Part shown: positions 36,977 through 47,626 of the stretch, in pieces
How the letters are laid out: each line of letters starts with the position of its first letter
How positions within the stretch are numbered: position 1 is the stretch's first letter
Assembly: GCA_963595065.1 (NCBI GenBank)
Contig: CAVBGJ010000007.1
Location: 26,746 to 90,745 of the forward strand
Direction of reading: 5' to 3'
Source of the DNA: Christensenellaceae bacterium Phil1
GTDB taxonomy: Bacteria > Actinomycetota > Coriobacteriia > Coriobacteriales > Eggerthellaceae
DNA: 64,000 nucleotides
Position numbers and translations under genes: made by a program
Notes under the pieces: model-generated
Told to the model about the DNA's origin: nothing
Seen by the model: the letters and a program-made list of their open reading frames with translations, nothing else
Database searches by the model: none

Positions 36977-39900
36977 ATGTTCACCAAGATCCTCATAGCG
37001 AACCGTGGCGCCATCGCAGTACGCGCCGAGCGCACCATTGCGAAGATGGGCCTGAAGAGCGTTGCGGTGTACGCCGCAGCCGACAAGGACAGCTTGCATG
37101 TTTCCAGTGCCGATGAAGCGGTGTTCCTGGGCGAAGGCCCCGCGGCACTTACCTATCTGGACCAAGGTAAGATCCTGGACGCCGCCAAGCAAACCGGCGC
37201 CCAGGCGATCTTTCCCGGCTACGGCTTCCTGAGCGAGAACGCGGATTTCGCACGCCGCTGTGCCCAAGAGGGCATTGCCTTCATCGGGCCTTCCCCCGAG
37301 CAGATAGAGCGCTTCGGCCTGAAGCACGTTGCGCGCGACTTGGCCAAGAAGGCCGGCGTTCCGCTTGCTCCCGGCAGCGACCTTCTGGAAACCCTGGAAG
37401 AGGCCCGCGCGGCAGCCGTTGGAGTTGGCTTCCCGCTCATGCTGAAGAGCACGGCGGGCGGTGGCGGCATCGGCATACGCATCTGCCGCAACGCAGGCGA
37501 GCTTGAGGAAGCCTTCGAGGGTGCGCGTCATCTTGCCCAAGCGAACTTCGGCAACGGCGGCGTGTTCTTGGAGCGCTTCGTGGAACGCGGGCGCCACGTC
37601 GAGGTTCAGATCTTCGGCGTTAACGGCCAGGTTGCCGCCTTGGGCGAGCGCGACTGCTCCGTGCAGCGCCGCAACCAGAAGGTGGTGGAGGAATGCCCCG
37701 CCCCCAACCTTCCCCAAGAAACGCGCCAGGCCATGATGGAAAGCGCCCGGAAGCTTGCGCTTTCCATCGGCTACAACAACGCCGGCACCGTCGAGTTCCT
37801 CTACGACGAGGCACGCGACGAGTTCTACTTCCTGGAAGTGAACACCCGCCTGCAGGTTGAGCACGGCATAACCGAGGAATGCTGCGGCGTGGACCTGGTT
37901 GAGTGGATGATACGGGAAGCAGCTGGCGAACCGGTTGACTTCACCCAGGCGCACGCCCAGCAGGGCCATTCGATCGAAGTGCGCCTGTACGCGGAGGATT
38001 GCGGCAACAAATTCCTGCCGGCTACCGGCAAGATAGACGCCGTGCAATTCGGCGAAGGCGCCCGCATCGAAACCTGGATCGCCAAGGGCATCGAGGTAAC
38101 CAGCCTGTTCGACCCCATGCTGGCAAAGATCATCGTGCATGCCGAAACGCGCGAAGATGCCGTTGCCGCCATGCGGAAGGTGCTTTCGGAAACCCGCGTA
38201 TACGGCCTTACCACCAACCTTATGTACCTTGAAAGCCTGTTGGGCACCCAGGGCTACCAGCAGGCCCAGCTGAGCACGCGCATGCTCGACGGCTTTGCGC
38301 CCACCGAACCCACGCTGGAAGTGCTCGACGGCGGCGTGCAGACCACCGTGCAGAGCTACCCGGGCATTGTGGGCTACTGGGCCGTGGGCGTTCCGCCTTG
38401 CGGCCCCATGGACTCGCTGAGCTTCCGCCTGGGCAACGCGCTTCTGGGCAACCCGACCGATGCGGCCGGCCTCGAGCTTACCCTGCGCGGCGGCAAGTAC
38501 AAGTTCCGCACGGATACCGCCTTCGCCCTTACCGGCGCGAACATGGATGCGAAGCTGAACGGAAAGCCCTGCCCGCAGTTCGCCGCCGTGCAGGCGAATG
38601 CCGGCGATGTCCTGGAACTGGGCACGTGCTCCGCCGGCATGCGCGCCTACCTGTGCGTTGCCGGCGGCCTTGATGTGGCACCCGTCCTGGGTTCACGCTC
38701 CACCTTCGTCGACGGAAAGATGGGCGGCCATGGCGGGCGGGCGTTGCGCACCGGCGACCTGGTTCGCATATTCCAACCCGCCGAAGCAGCGGGCACGGCA
38801 GCAGAGAAAGCCCCGCGCACTGCCAAGGCACAGCTTCCCGAAGCCGCTCAACCTGCCTGGACCGGCGAATGGACCATCGGCGTGCTGGTGGGCCCCCTGA
38901 GCGACGACGAGTTCCTGGCCCCCGAGTTCCTTGAGACGCTTACCACCACCGGCTATACCGTGAACTACGATTCCGCCCGAACCGGCGTGCGCCTTAACGG
39001 CCCCACCCCGCAATGGACGCGCGAAGACGGCGGCGAGGCAGGGCTGCACCCCTCCAACATCCACGACAACCCCTATTCCATCTGCGCACTCGACCTTACC
39101 GGCGACCAGCCCATCCTCCTTGGCCCGGACGGGCCCAGCCTGGGCGGCTTCGTGTGCCCCGTGGTGGTTGCCGTAAGCGAGCGCTGGAAGCTTGGCCAGC
39201 TGAAGCCCGGCGACACCGTGCGCTTCCAGGTGGTAAGCCAGTCCGAAGCCGATGCGATGAACCGCGCCCACGAGCAGGCCGTTGCCGCTGTCGGCGCAGG
39301 CGATGCAGGCGAAGCAGGCGAAGCAGGCGAAGCCGCGAAGGTTTGGGATCTGTTGCCTGCCGCTCCCAGCGCCTTCACCGCGAACGACGCCATCCTCTAC
39401 CAGGCCGGCTCCGGCGACGACGCCATCTGCGTGCGCCAGTCGGGCCTGGATGCGCTGCTGATCGAATACGGCCCGATGAAGCTCGACATAGCCCTGCGCT
39501 TCAAGGTGCACGTGCTGATGATGCAACTGGAAGAGCAGGACCTTCCCTATATCGTCGACCTTACCCCGGGCATCCGCAGCCTGCAGGTTCACTACGACCC
39601 GCTGGCCGCTACCCAGCAGGAGGTGCTGCAGCAGGTGCTTGCCACCGATGCCGCGCTGCCGCCGCTGGAAGACATCACCGTTCCAAGCCGCATCGTGCAC
39701 CTGCCCCTTTCCTGGGACGACCCGCAAACGCAGCTTGCCGCACGCCGCTACATGGAAACCACCCGCCCCGACGCCCCCTGGTGCCCTTCGAACCTGGAGT
39801 TCATCCGCCGCATCAACGGGCTGGACAGCATCCAGGACGTCTACGACATCTTCTTCGACGCCAGCTACCTGGTGCTGGGCTTGGGCGATGTGTACCTGGG

Positions 39901-40657
39901 CGCACCTGTGGCAACGCCGGTGGACCCACGGCACAGGATGGTAACCACCAAGTACAACCCCGCCCGCCCCTGGACGCCCGAAAACGCCGTGGGCATCGGC
40001 GGCGCGTATCTGTGCGTGTACGGCATGGAAGGCCCTGGCGGCTATCAGTTCATCGGCCGTACCACGCAGATGTGGAACCCCTTGCGCACCACCCCCGTGT
40101 TCAAGGAAGGCAAGCCCTGGCTGTTGAACTTCTTCGACCAGCTGCAGTTCTATCCCGTAAGCGCCGATGAGATCCTGGAGCTTCGCGAGCAGTGCCTTCG
40201 CGGAACCTTCTGCCCCAAGATCGAGGAAGCCACGTTCAGCCTGGGCGAGTATCGCCGCTTCCTGGAAGAAAACGCCGAGGGCATCGACGCCTTCAAGCAG
40301 CATCAGGAAGCCTCGTTCGAGGCCGAGCATCAACGCTGGGTGGAGCAGGGCCTGGATGTGTTCGTCCCCGACGAGCCCAAAGCCGCCTTCACCGAGGAAG
40401 AGGCTCCCGAAGGCTGCGAGAGCGTCCCCAGTACCATGGCCGGCGCGGTGTGGAAGGCAAACGCCGAAGTCGGAAGCCGTGTAGAGAAGGGGCAGACCCT
40501 TATCACGCTCGAGAGCATGAAGATGGAGTTCCCCATCGCCTCCCCCTGCGCCGGAACCTTGGAAAAGCTGCTGGTGGGCCCGGGCGACCTGGTAACGCCC
40601 GGCCAAGCCGTTGCGTTCGTTCGCGTCGGAGAAGACCAAGAACAGGAAGGTGAGTAA
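36977..40657 (+). CDS. uca: Urea/guanidine carboxylase (biotin-dependent)
   Basis: Biotin carboxylase (IANRG, FLEVNTRLQVEH), carboxyltransferase (HPSNIHD, TTKYNPAR), biotinylation motif ESMKME. Confidence 0.95.
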   Translation: MFTKILIANRGAIAVRAERTIAKMGLKSVAVYAAADKDSLHVSSADEAVFLGEGPAALTYLDQGKILDAAKQTGAQAIFPGYGFLSENADFARRCAQEGIAFIGPSPEQIERFGLKHVARDLAKKAGVPLAPGSDLLETLEEARAAAVGVGFPLMLKSTAGGGGIGIRICRNAGELEEAFEGARHLAQANFGNGGVFLERFVERGRHVEVQIFGVNGQVAALGERDCSVQRRNQKVVEECPAPNLPQETRQAMMESARKLALSIGYNNAGTVEFLYDEARDEFYFLEVNTRLQVEHGITEECCGVDLVEWMIREAAGEPVDFTQAHAQQGHSIEVRLYAEDCGNKFLPATGKIDAVQFGEGARIETWIAKGIEVTSLFDPMLAKIIVHAETREDAVAAMRKVLSETRVYGLTTNLMYLESLLGTQGYQQAQLSTRMLDGFAPTEPTLEVLDGGVQTTVQSYPGIVGYWAVGVPPCGPMDSLSFRLGNALLGNPTDAAGLELTLRGGKYKFRTDTAFALTGANMDAKLNGKPCPQFAAVQANAGDVLELGTCSAGMRAYLCVAGGLDVAPVLGSRSTFVDGKMGGHGGRALRTGDLVRIFQPAEAAGTAAEKAPRTAKAQLPEAAQPAWTGEWTIGVLVGPLSDDEFLAPEFLETLTTTGYTVNYDSARTGVRLNGPTPQWTREDGGEAGLHPSNIHDNPYSICALDLTGDQPILLGPDGPSLGGFVCPVVVAVSERWKLGQLKPGDTVRFQVVSQSEADAMNRAHEQAVAAVGAGDAGEAGEAGEAAKVWDLLPAAPSAFTANDAILYQAGSGDDAICVRQSGLDALLIEYGPMKLDIALRFKVHVLMMQLEEQDLPYIVDLTPGIRSLQVHYDPLAATQQEVLQQVLATDAALPPLEDITVPSRIVHLPLSWDDPQTQLAARRYMETTRPDAPWCPSNLEFIRRINGLDSIQDVYDIFFDASYLVLGLGDVYLGAPVATPVDPRHRMVTTKYNPARPWTPENAVGIGGAYLCVYGMEGPGGYQFIGRTTQMWNPLRTTPVFKEGKPWLLNFFDQLQFYPVSADEILELREQCLRGTFCPKIEEATFSLGEYRRFLEENAEGIDAFKQHQEASFEAEHQRWVEQGLDVFVPDEPKAAFTEEEAPEGCESVPSTMAGAVWKANAEVGSRVEKGQTLITLESMKMEFPIASPCAGTLEKLLVGPGDLVTPGQAVAFVRVGEDQEQEGE

Positions 40658-40663
40658 GGAGCC

Positions 40664-42403
40664 ATGAGCACCGAAGCCCTAACGATCGAATCCCTTGCCA
40701 ACGCTTACGAATCCGGCAGCACCACCCCGCGCGCCGTTGCCGAGGCCATCGTGGCCCGCGCGGCGCAGCGTGCTGAGAGCAACATATGGATCACCCCGCC
40801 CTCGATGGATTTGATTGAGCCGTACCTGGCGCGCCTGGAAGCCATGAACAAAGAGGAACGCGCCGCCTTACCGCTTTGGGGAATCCCCTTCGCCGTGAAG
40901 GACAACATCGACGTTGCGGGCGTGCCCACCACGGCAGCCTGCCCCGAATACGCCTACACGCCAAACGAAAGCGCCACTGTAGTGCGCCTTCTGGTGGAAG
41001 CCGGCGCCTTCCCGGTGGGCAAAACCAACCTGGATCAGTTCGCCACCGGCCTGGTGGGCACCCGCAGCCCCTACGGCGAGTGCTGCAACGCGTTGAAGCC
41101 CGAGCTCATAAGCGGCGGCTCGTCTTCCGGCTCTGCGGTAAGCGTGGCCCTTGGCATGGCTGCGTTCGCGCTGGGAACCGACACCGCCGGCTCTGGCCGT
41201 GTGCCGGCCGCCCTCAACAACCTGGTGGGCTTCAAGCCCGCGTTGGGGAAATGGAGCACCAAGGGCGGGGTGCCCGCCTGCGCCAGTCTGGACTGCGTTA
41301 CCGTGTTCGCCAACAACCTGGCCGATGCGCTCGCCGTGGATGCCGTTGCAAGCCAGCCAGACGCTGAATGCGCCTGGAGCAAAGCCTATGCCGCCGAAGA
41401 ACCGCGCTTCCCTAGTACCGTGTACGTACCGGCCGATGAGCCGCAGTTCTACGGCCCCTACGAAGAGGAGTACCGCGCAGCCTGGCATAAAGCCCTAGCG
41501 CGTATCGTCTGCGTGGCACAAGCGCAGGGGGCGAAGGTTACGCCCATCGACACCGCGGATTTTTCCCGCATCGCCTCGATACTCTACGATGGCCCATGGG
41601 TTGCAGAGCGCTGGAGCGACCTGGGCGGCTTCGTCGAGCAGCATGGCACGGCGGTGTTCCCCGTTACCAAGCAGATCCTGGAAAGCGGCAACCGCCCCGA
41701 CCTTACCGCGGCCGACCTGTTCCAAACCCTGCACCAGGTATGCGCCATGCGCGCCAAATGCGCCCAGCTTTTCGACGATGCCGTGATGATCATGCCCACC
41801 GCCGGCGGCACCTTCACGCGCGAGCAGGTTGACGCCGACCCCATCGCAACCAATTCGCAGATGGGGCTCTACACCAACCACTGCAACCTCAGCGACTTGG
41901 GGGCCGTGGCCGTTCCTGCTGGCTGGGCAGCCGAAGACGTGCCCTTCGGCATCACCGCCTTCACCACCGCAAAGCGCCAGTGCCTAACCGATGGCTTCGC
42001 CCAGGCGTTCCTAGGGGAAGACATGGTGGAAGTGGCCGTCTGCGGCCAGCACATGCGAGGGCTTGCCCTGCATGGGCAGCTGGAAGATCTCGGGGCGGTG
42101 TTCCTCCAGACAACCCGCACGGCTCCGAGCTATAAGCTGTTCGCCCTTCCCACCACGCCGGTTAAGCCAGGCCTGATGAAGGCAACCGATGCTGGCAGCT
42201 CGATAGAGGTGGAAACCTACCTGATCACCGCACAGGCTTTCGGCAAGCTGGTAGCGGCGACCCCTGCACCCTTGGGCTTCGGCTCCGTGGAGCTGGAAGA
42301 CGGGCGGGAAGTAAAGGGCTTCCTGGCCGAGCCCTATGCCCTTGACCAAGGCGGCGTGGAGGAGATAACCGGCTTCGGCTCGTTCAAGGTTTGGCTCGCC
42401 TAG
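40664..42403 (+). CDS. atzF: Allophanate hydrolase
   Basis: AVKDNIDVAG, GKTNLDQFATGLVGTRSPYG, GGSSSGSA, C-terminal AVCGQHM domain. Confidence 0.95.
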   Translation: MSTEALTIESLANAYESGSTTPRAVAEAIVARAAQRAESNIWITPPSMDLIEPYLARLEAMNKEERAALPLWGIPFAVKDNIDVAGVPTTAACPEYAYTPNESATVVRLLVEAGAFPVGKTNLDQFATGLVGTRSPYGECCNALKPELISGGSSSGSAVSVALGMAAFALGTDTAGSGRVPAALNNLVGFKPALGKWSTKGGVPACASLDCVTVFANNLADALAVDAVASQPDAECAWSKAYAAEEPRFPSTVYVPADEPQFYGPYEEEYRAAWHKALARIVCVAQAQGAKVTPIDTADFSRIASILYDGPWVAERWSDLGGFVEQHGTAVFPVTKQILESGNRPDLTAADLFQTLHQVCAMRAKCAQLFDDAVMIMPTAGGTFTREQVDADPIATNSQMGLYTNHCNLSDLGAVAVPAGWAAEDVPFGITAFTTAKRQCLTDGFAQAFLGEDMVEVAVCGQHMRGLALHGQLEDLGAVFLQTTRTAPSYKLFALPTTPVKPGLMKATDAGSSIEVETYLITAQAFGKLVAATPAPLGFGSVELEDGREVKGFLAEPYALDQGGVEEITGFGSFKVWLA

Positions 42404-42503
42404 GGCGAAAGATCTATCCCCCACAACTACACCGAACGCAACGCCTCATGGCACCGCGCTCGGCACGCAGAGTCAACATCCCGCACAACCCGCCAATCAA
42501 CAA

Positions 42504-42536
42504 GAAGGCCGGCACTCATCGCGAGTGCCGGCCTTC
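42504..42536. terminator. Hairpin terminator between convergent atzF and pth
   Basis: 14-bp perfect stem GAAGGCCGGCACTC/GAGTGCCGGCCTTC. Confidence 0.8.
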
Positions 42537-42550
42537 GGTTTCAAGTAAGC

Positions 42551-43126
42551 CTATTTCTGGTTGAACACGTCTTGGGTGCGGGCCAAACCCTTTTCCAAAA
42601 GTGATTCCACTGCCTCGGCCGAGCGCTGAACAGCCGTGTCGAAATCGTCCTTCGCTTCCTTCTTGGGAACGCCCAGCACGAAATCCACCACGCTCATACG
42701 TCCCGGCGGGCGCCCGATACCGCAGCGCACGCGCAGGAACTCGCGCGAGCCGCACTTCTCGATGATGGACTTCAGGCCGTTATGGCCCGCATGCCCACCG
42801 CCCTTCTTCACCTTCACAGTGCCGGGGTTTATGTCCAGCTCATCATGGATGACGATGAGCTCGTCTACCGGGCAGTCGTATTCCTTCAGCAGCTTGGAAA
42901 CCGGGCCGCCCGAAAGGTTCATGAAGCTCTGCGGCTTGGCCAGGATCACCTTGGTAAGCTCGCCGTTCAAGCGAACCTTCCCTTCGCCCACCAGCGAGCC
43001 GCAGGTGTTCTTCCAGTAGCTCACGCCCCATTCCTGCGCCAGGGCATCGACGGTGTCGAAGCCGGCGTTGTGGCGCGTGTGGGCGTATTCTTCACCCGGG
43101 TTGCCCAGCCCAACAACTACGCGCAT
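42551..43126 (-). CDS. pth: Peptidyl-tRNA hydrolase
   Basis: VGLGNPG, TRHNAGF, GHNGLKS. Confidence 0.97.
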   Translation of the reverse strand: MRVVVGLGNPGEEYAHTRHNAGFDTVDALAQEWGVSYWKNTCGSLVGEGKVRLNGELTKVILAKPQSFMNLSGGPVSKLLKEYDCPVDELIVIHDELDINPGTVKVKKGGGHAGHNGLKSIIEKCGSREFLRVRCGIGRPPGRMSVVDFVLGVPKKEAKDDFDTAVQRSAEAVESLLEKGLARTQDVFNQK

Positions 43127-43129
43127 GGG

Positions 43130-44101
43130 CTACAGCGCGAATTCGGGGTCGAACAGCGAAGCAACCGACTTGTTGTCGTAGACGTTGCTGATGGCATGGG
43201 CCAGAAGCGGAGCAACCGAGATAACGCGGATCTTGCCGGTCTGCTTGTCCTGCGGCACGGCAACGGTGTTGCATACCACGACCTCGTCGATCTGGGACTT
43301 CTCGATGCGCTCGTAAGCCGGGCCCGAGAAGATGGGATGGCTGGCGCACACGAACACCTTGTCGGCGCCCTTTTCCTTCAGGGTGGCAACGGCGGCGCAC
43401 AGGGTGCCGGCCGTGTCGATCATGTCGTCGTTGACGATACAGATCTTGCCCTTTACGTCGCCGATGAGCGCCGTGATCTCAGCCTTGTTATGGCCGGGAC
43501 GGCCCTTGTGCATGATGGCCAGGTCGGAATGTATCATGTCGGAAAGCTTCTTGGCAGCCTTGGCGCGGCCCACATCGGGGCTTACCACGCACAGCTTCGA
43601 GGGGTCGATGTCCTTCTTCTTGAAGTAGTCGGCGAAGATGGGAAGCGCGGTAAGGTGATCCACAGGGGTATCGAAGAAGCCCTGGATCTGACCCTGGTGC
43701 AGGTCGATGGTGATGGTGCGCGTGATGCCGGCAACGCCCATGAGGTTGGCAACCAGCTTCGCGGTGATGGGCTCGCGGGCTGCGGCCTTGCGGTCCTGGC
43801 GGGCATAGCCGTAGCAGGGAACAACCGCATTGATGGTGCGGGCGGAAGCGCGCTTGGCCGCATCGGCCATGATAAGCAGTTCCATGATGGCCTCGTTCAC
43901 GTTGGGCGTGGAGGTGGACTGCACGATGAACACGTCGGCGCCGCGGACGCTTTCAAGGTAGCGCGCGTAAATCTCGCCGTTCGAGAACTTCTCGAGCTTC
44001 ACATTGCCAAGCGTGGTGCCCAGCTGCGTGGCAATCTCCTCGGCAAGTTCGGGGCAGGTTGACCCGGCGAAGATCGCCATGGTCTTGGTCATGTTGCTCA
44101 T
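43130..44101 (-). CDS. prs: Ribose-phosphate pyrophosphokinase
   Basis: FSNGE, YARQDRK, DDMIDTAGT; start at MSNMTK overlapping the glmU stop. Confidence 0.97.
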   Translation of the reverse strand: MSNMTKTMAIFAGSTCPELAEEIATQLGTTLGNVKLEKFSNGEIYARYLESVRGADVFIVQSTSTPNVNEAIMELLIMADAAKRASARTINAVVPCYGYARQDRKAAAREPITAKLVANLMGVAGITRTITIDLHQGQIQGFFDTPVDHLTALPIFADYFKKKDIDPSKLCVVSPDVGRAKAAKKLSDMIHSDLAIMHKGRPGHNKAEITALIGDVKGKICIVNDDMIDTAGTLCAAVATLKEKGADKVFVCASHPIFSGPAYERIEKSQIDEVVVCNTVAVPQDKQTGKIRVISVAPLLAHAISNVYDNKSVASLFDPEFAL

Positions 44102-45459
44102 TAGTTGTTCCTCTCGTTCCAATGCTCGATCTCGGTTTGGCGCGCACGGCCCAAGCCAAGGGCCCCCGCGGAAACGTCTTTGGTGATAACGGACCCGGCT
44201 CCGATAAGCGAGTTCTCGCCCAGCTTGACGGGAGCCACCATCATCACGTCGCTGCCGACGAAGCAGTTGTCGCCGATGGTGGTGGGCCACTTCTTCTTGC
44301 CATCGTAGTTGCAGGTGATGCTGCCAGCGCCGATGTTCACGCCTTCGCCCATGGTGGTGTCGCCGATGTAGCTGAGGTGCGGCACCTTGCTGCCCTTGCC
44401 GATGGTGGATTTCTTGATCTCCACATGCGTGCCGGCCTTCGAGCCCTCGCACATGTGCGTGCCCGGGCGCAGGTAGGCGCGCGGACCGCAGGTTACCTCG
44501 GCGTCGAGCACGGTTTCGATGGCAACGGTTTCCTCCACCGTGCAGTTCGGGCCAACCGTGGTGTCGGTAAGGCGGGAATTCGGGCCGATGACGCTGCCCG
44601 TGGAAACATGGGTGGTGCCCATCAAAAACGTCATGGGAAGCAGCTCCACGTCAGGCTCGATGGTGACGTCCGGGCCGATATAGGTGGCGTCCGGGTCCAT
44701 GATGGTAACGCCGTTGTCCATATGCATGCCGTTGATGCGGCGCTGCAGCACCTTGGTGGCCTCGGCCAGCTGGCGGCGGGAGTTCACGCCCAGGCATTCG
44801 CTCGCGTCGGCGGCTTTCAAGCCCAGAACGCGCTTACCCTGGCTGCGGGCAATGCCCAGAACGTCGGTAAGGTAGTACTCGCCCTGCGCGTTGTCGGTGG
44901 AAACCTCTTCAAGCGCGGCGAAAAGGGTGTCGATGTCGAAGCAGTAGAAGCCGGAATTGCATTCGGTTACCGCAGCCTGCTCGGGCGTGCAGTCCTTCTG
45001 CTCCACGATTTCCTGCACATCGCCCTGCGCATCGCGGATGATGCGGCCGTAGCCGGTGGGATCTTCCGCTTCCATGGTAAGCACCACAACGGCGGCTTGC
45101 GCCTCTTCGCGTGCACGGACAAGATCGGCGATGGTCTCGGGGCGAACCAAGGGGGAATCGCCGGTAAGCACCACCAGCGAACCGGTGCGGCCCGCCAGGG
45201 CGTCTTTCGCGGCAAGAACGGCATGGGCCGTGCCCAGCTGCTGCTCCTGCACCACGCAGGTTGCGTCCTGAAGAAGGGGCTCCACCAATTCACGCCCATG
45301 GCCGATAACGCCCACCACGGAATCGATGCCGGCGGCGTGCGCGGCATCCACCACCCAGCGAACCAACGGCTTACCGAATATCTGGTGGGTCACTTTCGGT
45401 TTGGATGATTTCATGCGGGTACCCGCACCCGCAGCAAGAATGAGAGCTGATGCTTCCAT
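44101..45459 (-). CDS. glmU: Bifunctional UDP-GlcNAc pyrophosphorylase/acetyltransferase
   Basis: LAAGAGTRMKS, GEYYLTD, hexapeptide repeats, NYDG. Confidence 0.97.
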   Translation of the reverse strand: MEASALILAAGAGTRMKSSKPKVTHQIFGKPLVRWVVDAAHAAGIDSVVGVIGHGRELVEPLLQDATCVVQEQQLGTAHAVLAAKDALAGRTGSLVVLTGDSPLVRPETIADLVRAREEAQAAVVVLTMEAEDPTGYGRIIRDAQGDVQEIVEQKDCTPEQAAVTECNSGFYCFDIDTLFAALEEVSTDNAQGEYYLTDVLGIARSQGKRVLGLKAADASECLGVNSRRQLAEATKVLQRRINGMHMDNGVTIMDPDATYIGPDVTIEPDVELLPMTFLMGTTHVSTGSVIGPNSRLTDTTVGPNCTVEETVAIETVLDAEVTCGPRAYLRPGTHMCEGSKAGTHVEIKKSTIGKGSKVPHLSYIGDTTMGEGVNIGAGSITCNYDGKKKWPTTIGDNCFVGSDVMMVAPVKLGENSLIGAGSVITKDVSAGALGLGRARQTEIEHWNERNN

Positions 45460-45520
45460 GGACGCCTTTCTGCTCAATTTGCCTATAGCGTCCTAAGTAT
45501 AGCAGCCCGGTAAAGCGCCA

Positions 45521-46435
45521 TCACTGCTTCACTGCGGCAAGGCCGGAGCACAATGCGTCCAGCAACACGATGGCGTAATGCTGCGCCGAGCGAGCCTCGC
45601 CCGCATCTTCCCAGCCTTCGCCGGGAAGGCGCACCGCAATGCGACCGCCCTTCACCTGGGTTGCCGCAAACGCCTGCGCGATGCGGGCAGCCAGGCTGTC
45701 CTCGTCCTCGAAATCGACCACCGGAACGCGCGTTGCCGGCGTTTCGGATCCCACCAGGATCTGCACGAAGCACATGCTGGGATCGGGGGCCACCAGCAGC
45801 GATTCTGCGCTGGTTACCTTCGAAGCCGGGTTGGTGGCAAGGGCAAGGTTCGACATGCGCGCTGCCACCGAGCGGGTGAAATCGGTTAAGCCGAACAGGC
45901 AGATAAGGTTCGATTCAAGCACTTCCGAAGCGCGGGCGAAGCCCAAGCGCGGGATAGGGCTGAACGAATCCTTGCCCTTCCAGGAATGCTGCAAATGCAG
46001 AAGGGCACGGAACGTGAAGGCGCCGGCGATGCCATCGCTGGGCAAGCCCATGTTCAGCTGGAAACGGCGCAGGGCGTCTTCCGTGTGCGCACCGAAGATG
46101 CCATCGGCAGCCCCGCATGTGAAGCCCAGGGCGGAAAGCGCTTCCTGCAACGTGCGCACATCGGCTCCGTGGAAGAAGGGCACGCGCAGGAACAGGTTAC
46201 GGTCGCCCAGCTCGAACGAGGCATCCACGAGCCTGGTCCAAACCGTTTCATCGACCTCTTCGCGCACCTCGATGTCGAAATCGCGGCACAGCGAGGCGAT
46301 GGCAGCAGCCGTGGCATCGTCGAAGCAGCCCGTAAGCTGACCTTCGCCCAAATACCCGGCTTTCACCAGCCTGCGCTGCACGTCTTCGACAGGTGCACCA
46401 GTATCGTTTCTCTTGATTGTATCCATAGGTATCAC
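45521..46435 (-). CDS. Peptidoglycan-binding domain protein
   Basis: Two PG_binding_1-like repeats (VEDVQRRL..; VRTLQEALSALGF..DGIFG). Confidence 0.8.
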   Translation of the reverse strand: MIPMDTIKRNDTGAPVEDVQRRLVKAGYLGEGQLTGCFDDATAAAIASLCRDFDIEVREEVDETVWTRLVDASFELGDRNLFLRVPFFHGADVRTLQEALSALGFTCGAADGIFGAHTEDALRRFQLNMGLPSDGIAGAFTFRALLHLQHSWKGKDSFSPIPRLGFARASEVLESNLICLFGLTDFTRSVAARMSNLALATNPASKVTSAESLLVAPDPSMCFVQILVGSETPATRVPVVDFEDEDSLAARIAQAFAATQVKGGRIAVRLPGEGWEDAGEARSAQHYAIVLLDALCSGLAAVKQ

Positions 46436-47550
46436 TACTTAAGTCGGTCCACGAACCAGTCCGCCATGGAAACCAGCAGATCGCGGGCGCGCGAAGGGGC
46501 AAGAACGCCCTCGAGGCGGGTCTTGGCATCGGCGGTGAGCTTCTCTGCGTAGGAACGGGCGTAGTCGATGGATCCGGCCTCGCGCATGATGGATACCGCT
46601 TCCTCGAGCACTGCCGGATCGGTTTCCTTGGAAGAGAGGATCTGTATCAAGCGATCGCGCTTGGGAGTGTTCTGCAGGGCGTGCACCACCACAAGCGTGC
46701 GCTTGCCTTCGGTGATATCGCTTCGATAGTCTTTTTCCTTGGCCTCTTTGGTGCCTACCAGGTTAAGCAGGTCGTCCTGAATCTGGAAGGCGAGGCCGGT
46801 GTCCAGGCCGTACGAGCGCAGGGCCTCTACCTGCTCGGGCGTGCCCCCGCCCACCATGGCACCAACGGCCAGCGGAACGGCGCCCGAGTAATGAGCCGTC
46901 TTGTGTGTGGCCATTACCAGGTAGTCTTCCGGCGTGATGTCGTAGCGGCCGTCGCGCGCCCAACCGATGTCCAGGGCCTGACCTTCCACGGTGCTCTGCG
47001 CCATGGACACCAGCTCGATGGCCACCTTCACCTTCATGGAGTCGTCGAGCAGGTTATCGCGCATAACGATGCCGTTCACGATGGAAAGGGCCAGGTCGCC
47101 TGCGTTGATGGCAAGCCCCTCGCCTTCGGTAAGGTGCATGCAGGGCTCGCCGCGGCGCAGCGATGCCTCGTCGGCTATGTCGTCGTGGATCAGCGCCGCC
47201 GTATGGAAATGCTCGATGGCGGCCGATGCGGAAAAGGACTTGCGGATGTCGCCGCCGACCGCCGCGCACGCCGCCACGCAGATAAGGGGGCGATGGCGCT
47301 TGCCGCCGTTGGCGCTGTACTTCATCAGCGGGGTGTACAGGTACTTGTCCATATCGGGATGGGTACCGCTGGGAATGAATGCATTGACGATCATGCCCAC
47401 CTTGGGGGCGTAACGGTTCAGGTACGACTCGAACAGCTTAGACGAGCCAACCTCGGAAGACGGCTCCTGCGCTTTGCAGTACTCCTCGAACTCAGCGATG
47501 GAGTCCGCGATTTCGGGAATCTGCATATAAGGTTCGATGTCTATCATCAA
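46435..47550 (-). CDS. Polyprenyl diphosphate synthase family
   Basis: GGKRHRP, LIHDDIAD, FQIQDD, DITEGKRT. Confidence 0.92.
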   Translation of the reverse strand: MMIDIEPYMQIPEIADSIAEFEEYCKAQEPSSEVGSSKLFESYLNRYAPKVGMIVNAFIPSGTHPDMDKYLYTPLMKYSANGGKRHRPLICVAACAAVGGDIRKSFSASAAIEHFHTAALIHDDIADEASLRRGEPCMHLTEGEGLAINAGDLALSIVNGIVMRDNLLDDSMKVKVAIELVSMAQSTVEGQALDIGWARDGRYDITPEDYLVMATHKTAHYSGAVPLAVGAMVGGGTPEQVEALRSYGLDTGLAFQIQDDLLNLVGTKEAKEKDYRSDITEGKRTLVVVHALQNTPKRDRLIQILSSKETDPAVLEEAVSIMREAGSIDYARSYAEKLTADAKTRLEGVLAPSRARDLLVSMADWFVDRLK

Positions 47551-47626
47551 TCAACGCTTTCCGTGTTGCCTTGTATTTGACCGAGCCTCGCAAGAAGCGA
47601 GTGCCGCGCGCCCTTGGAAGGAGAAC

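Noticed and set aside
44102..44452. N-terminal extension of prs (440 aa in the track)
   Set aside because: Out-of-frame overlap with glmU; Prs homology starts at 44101.
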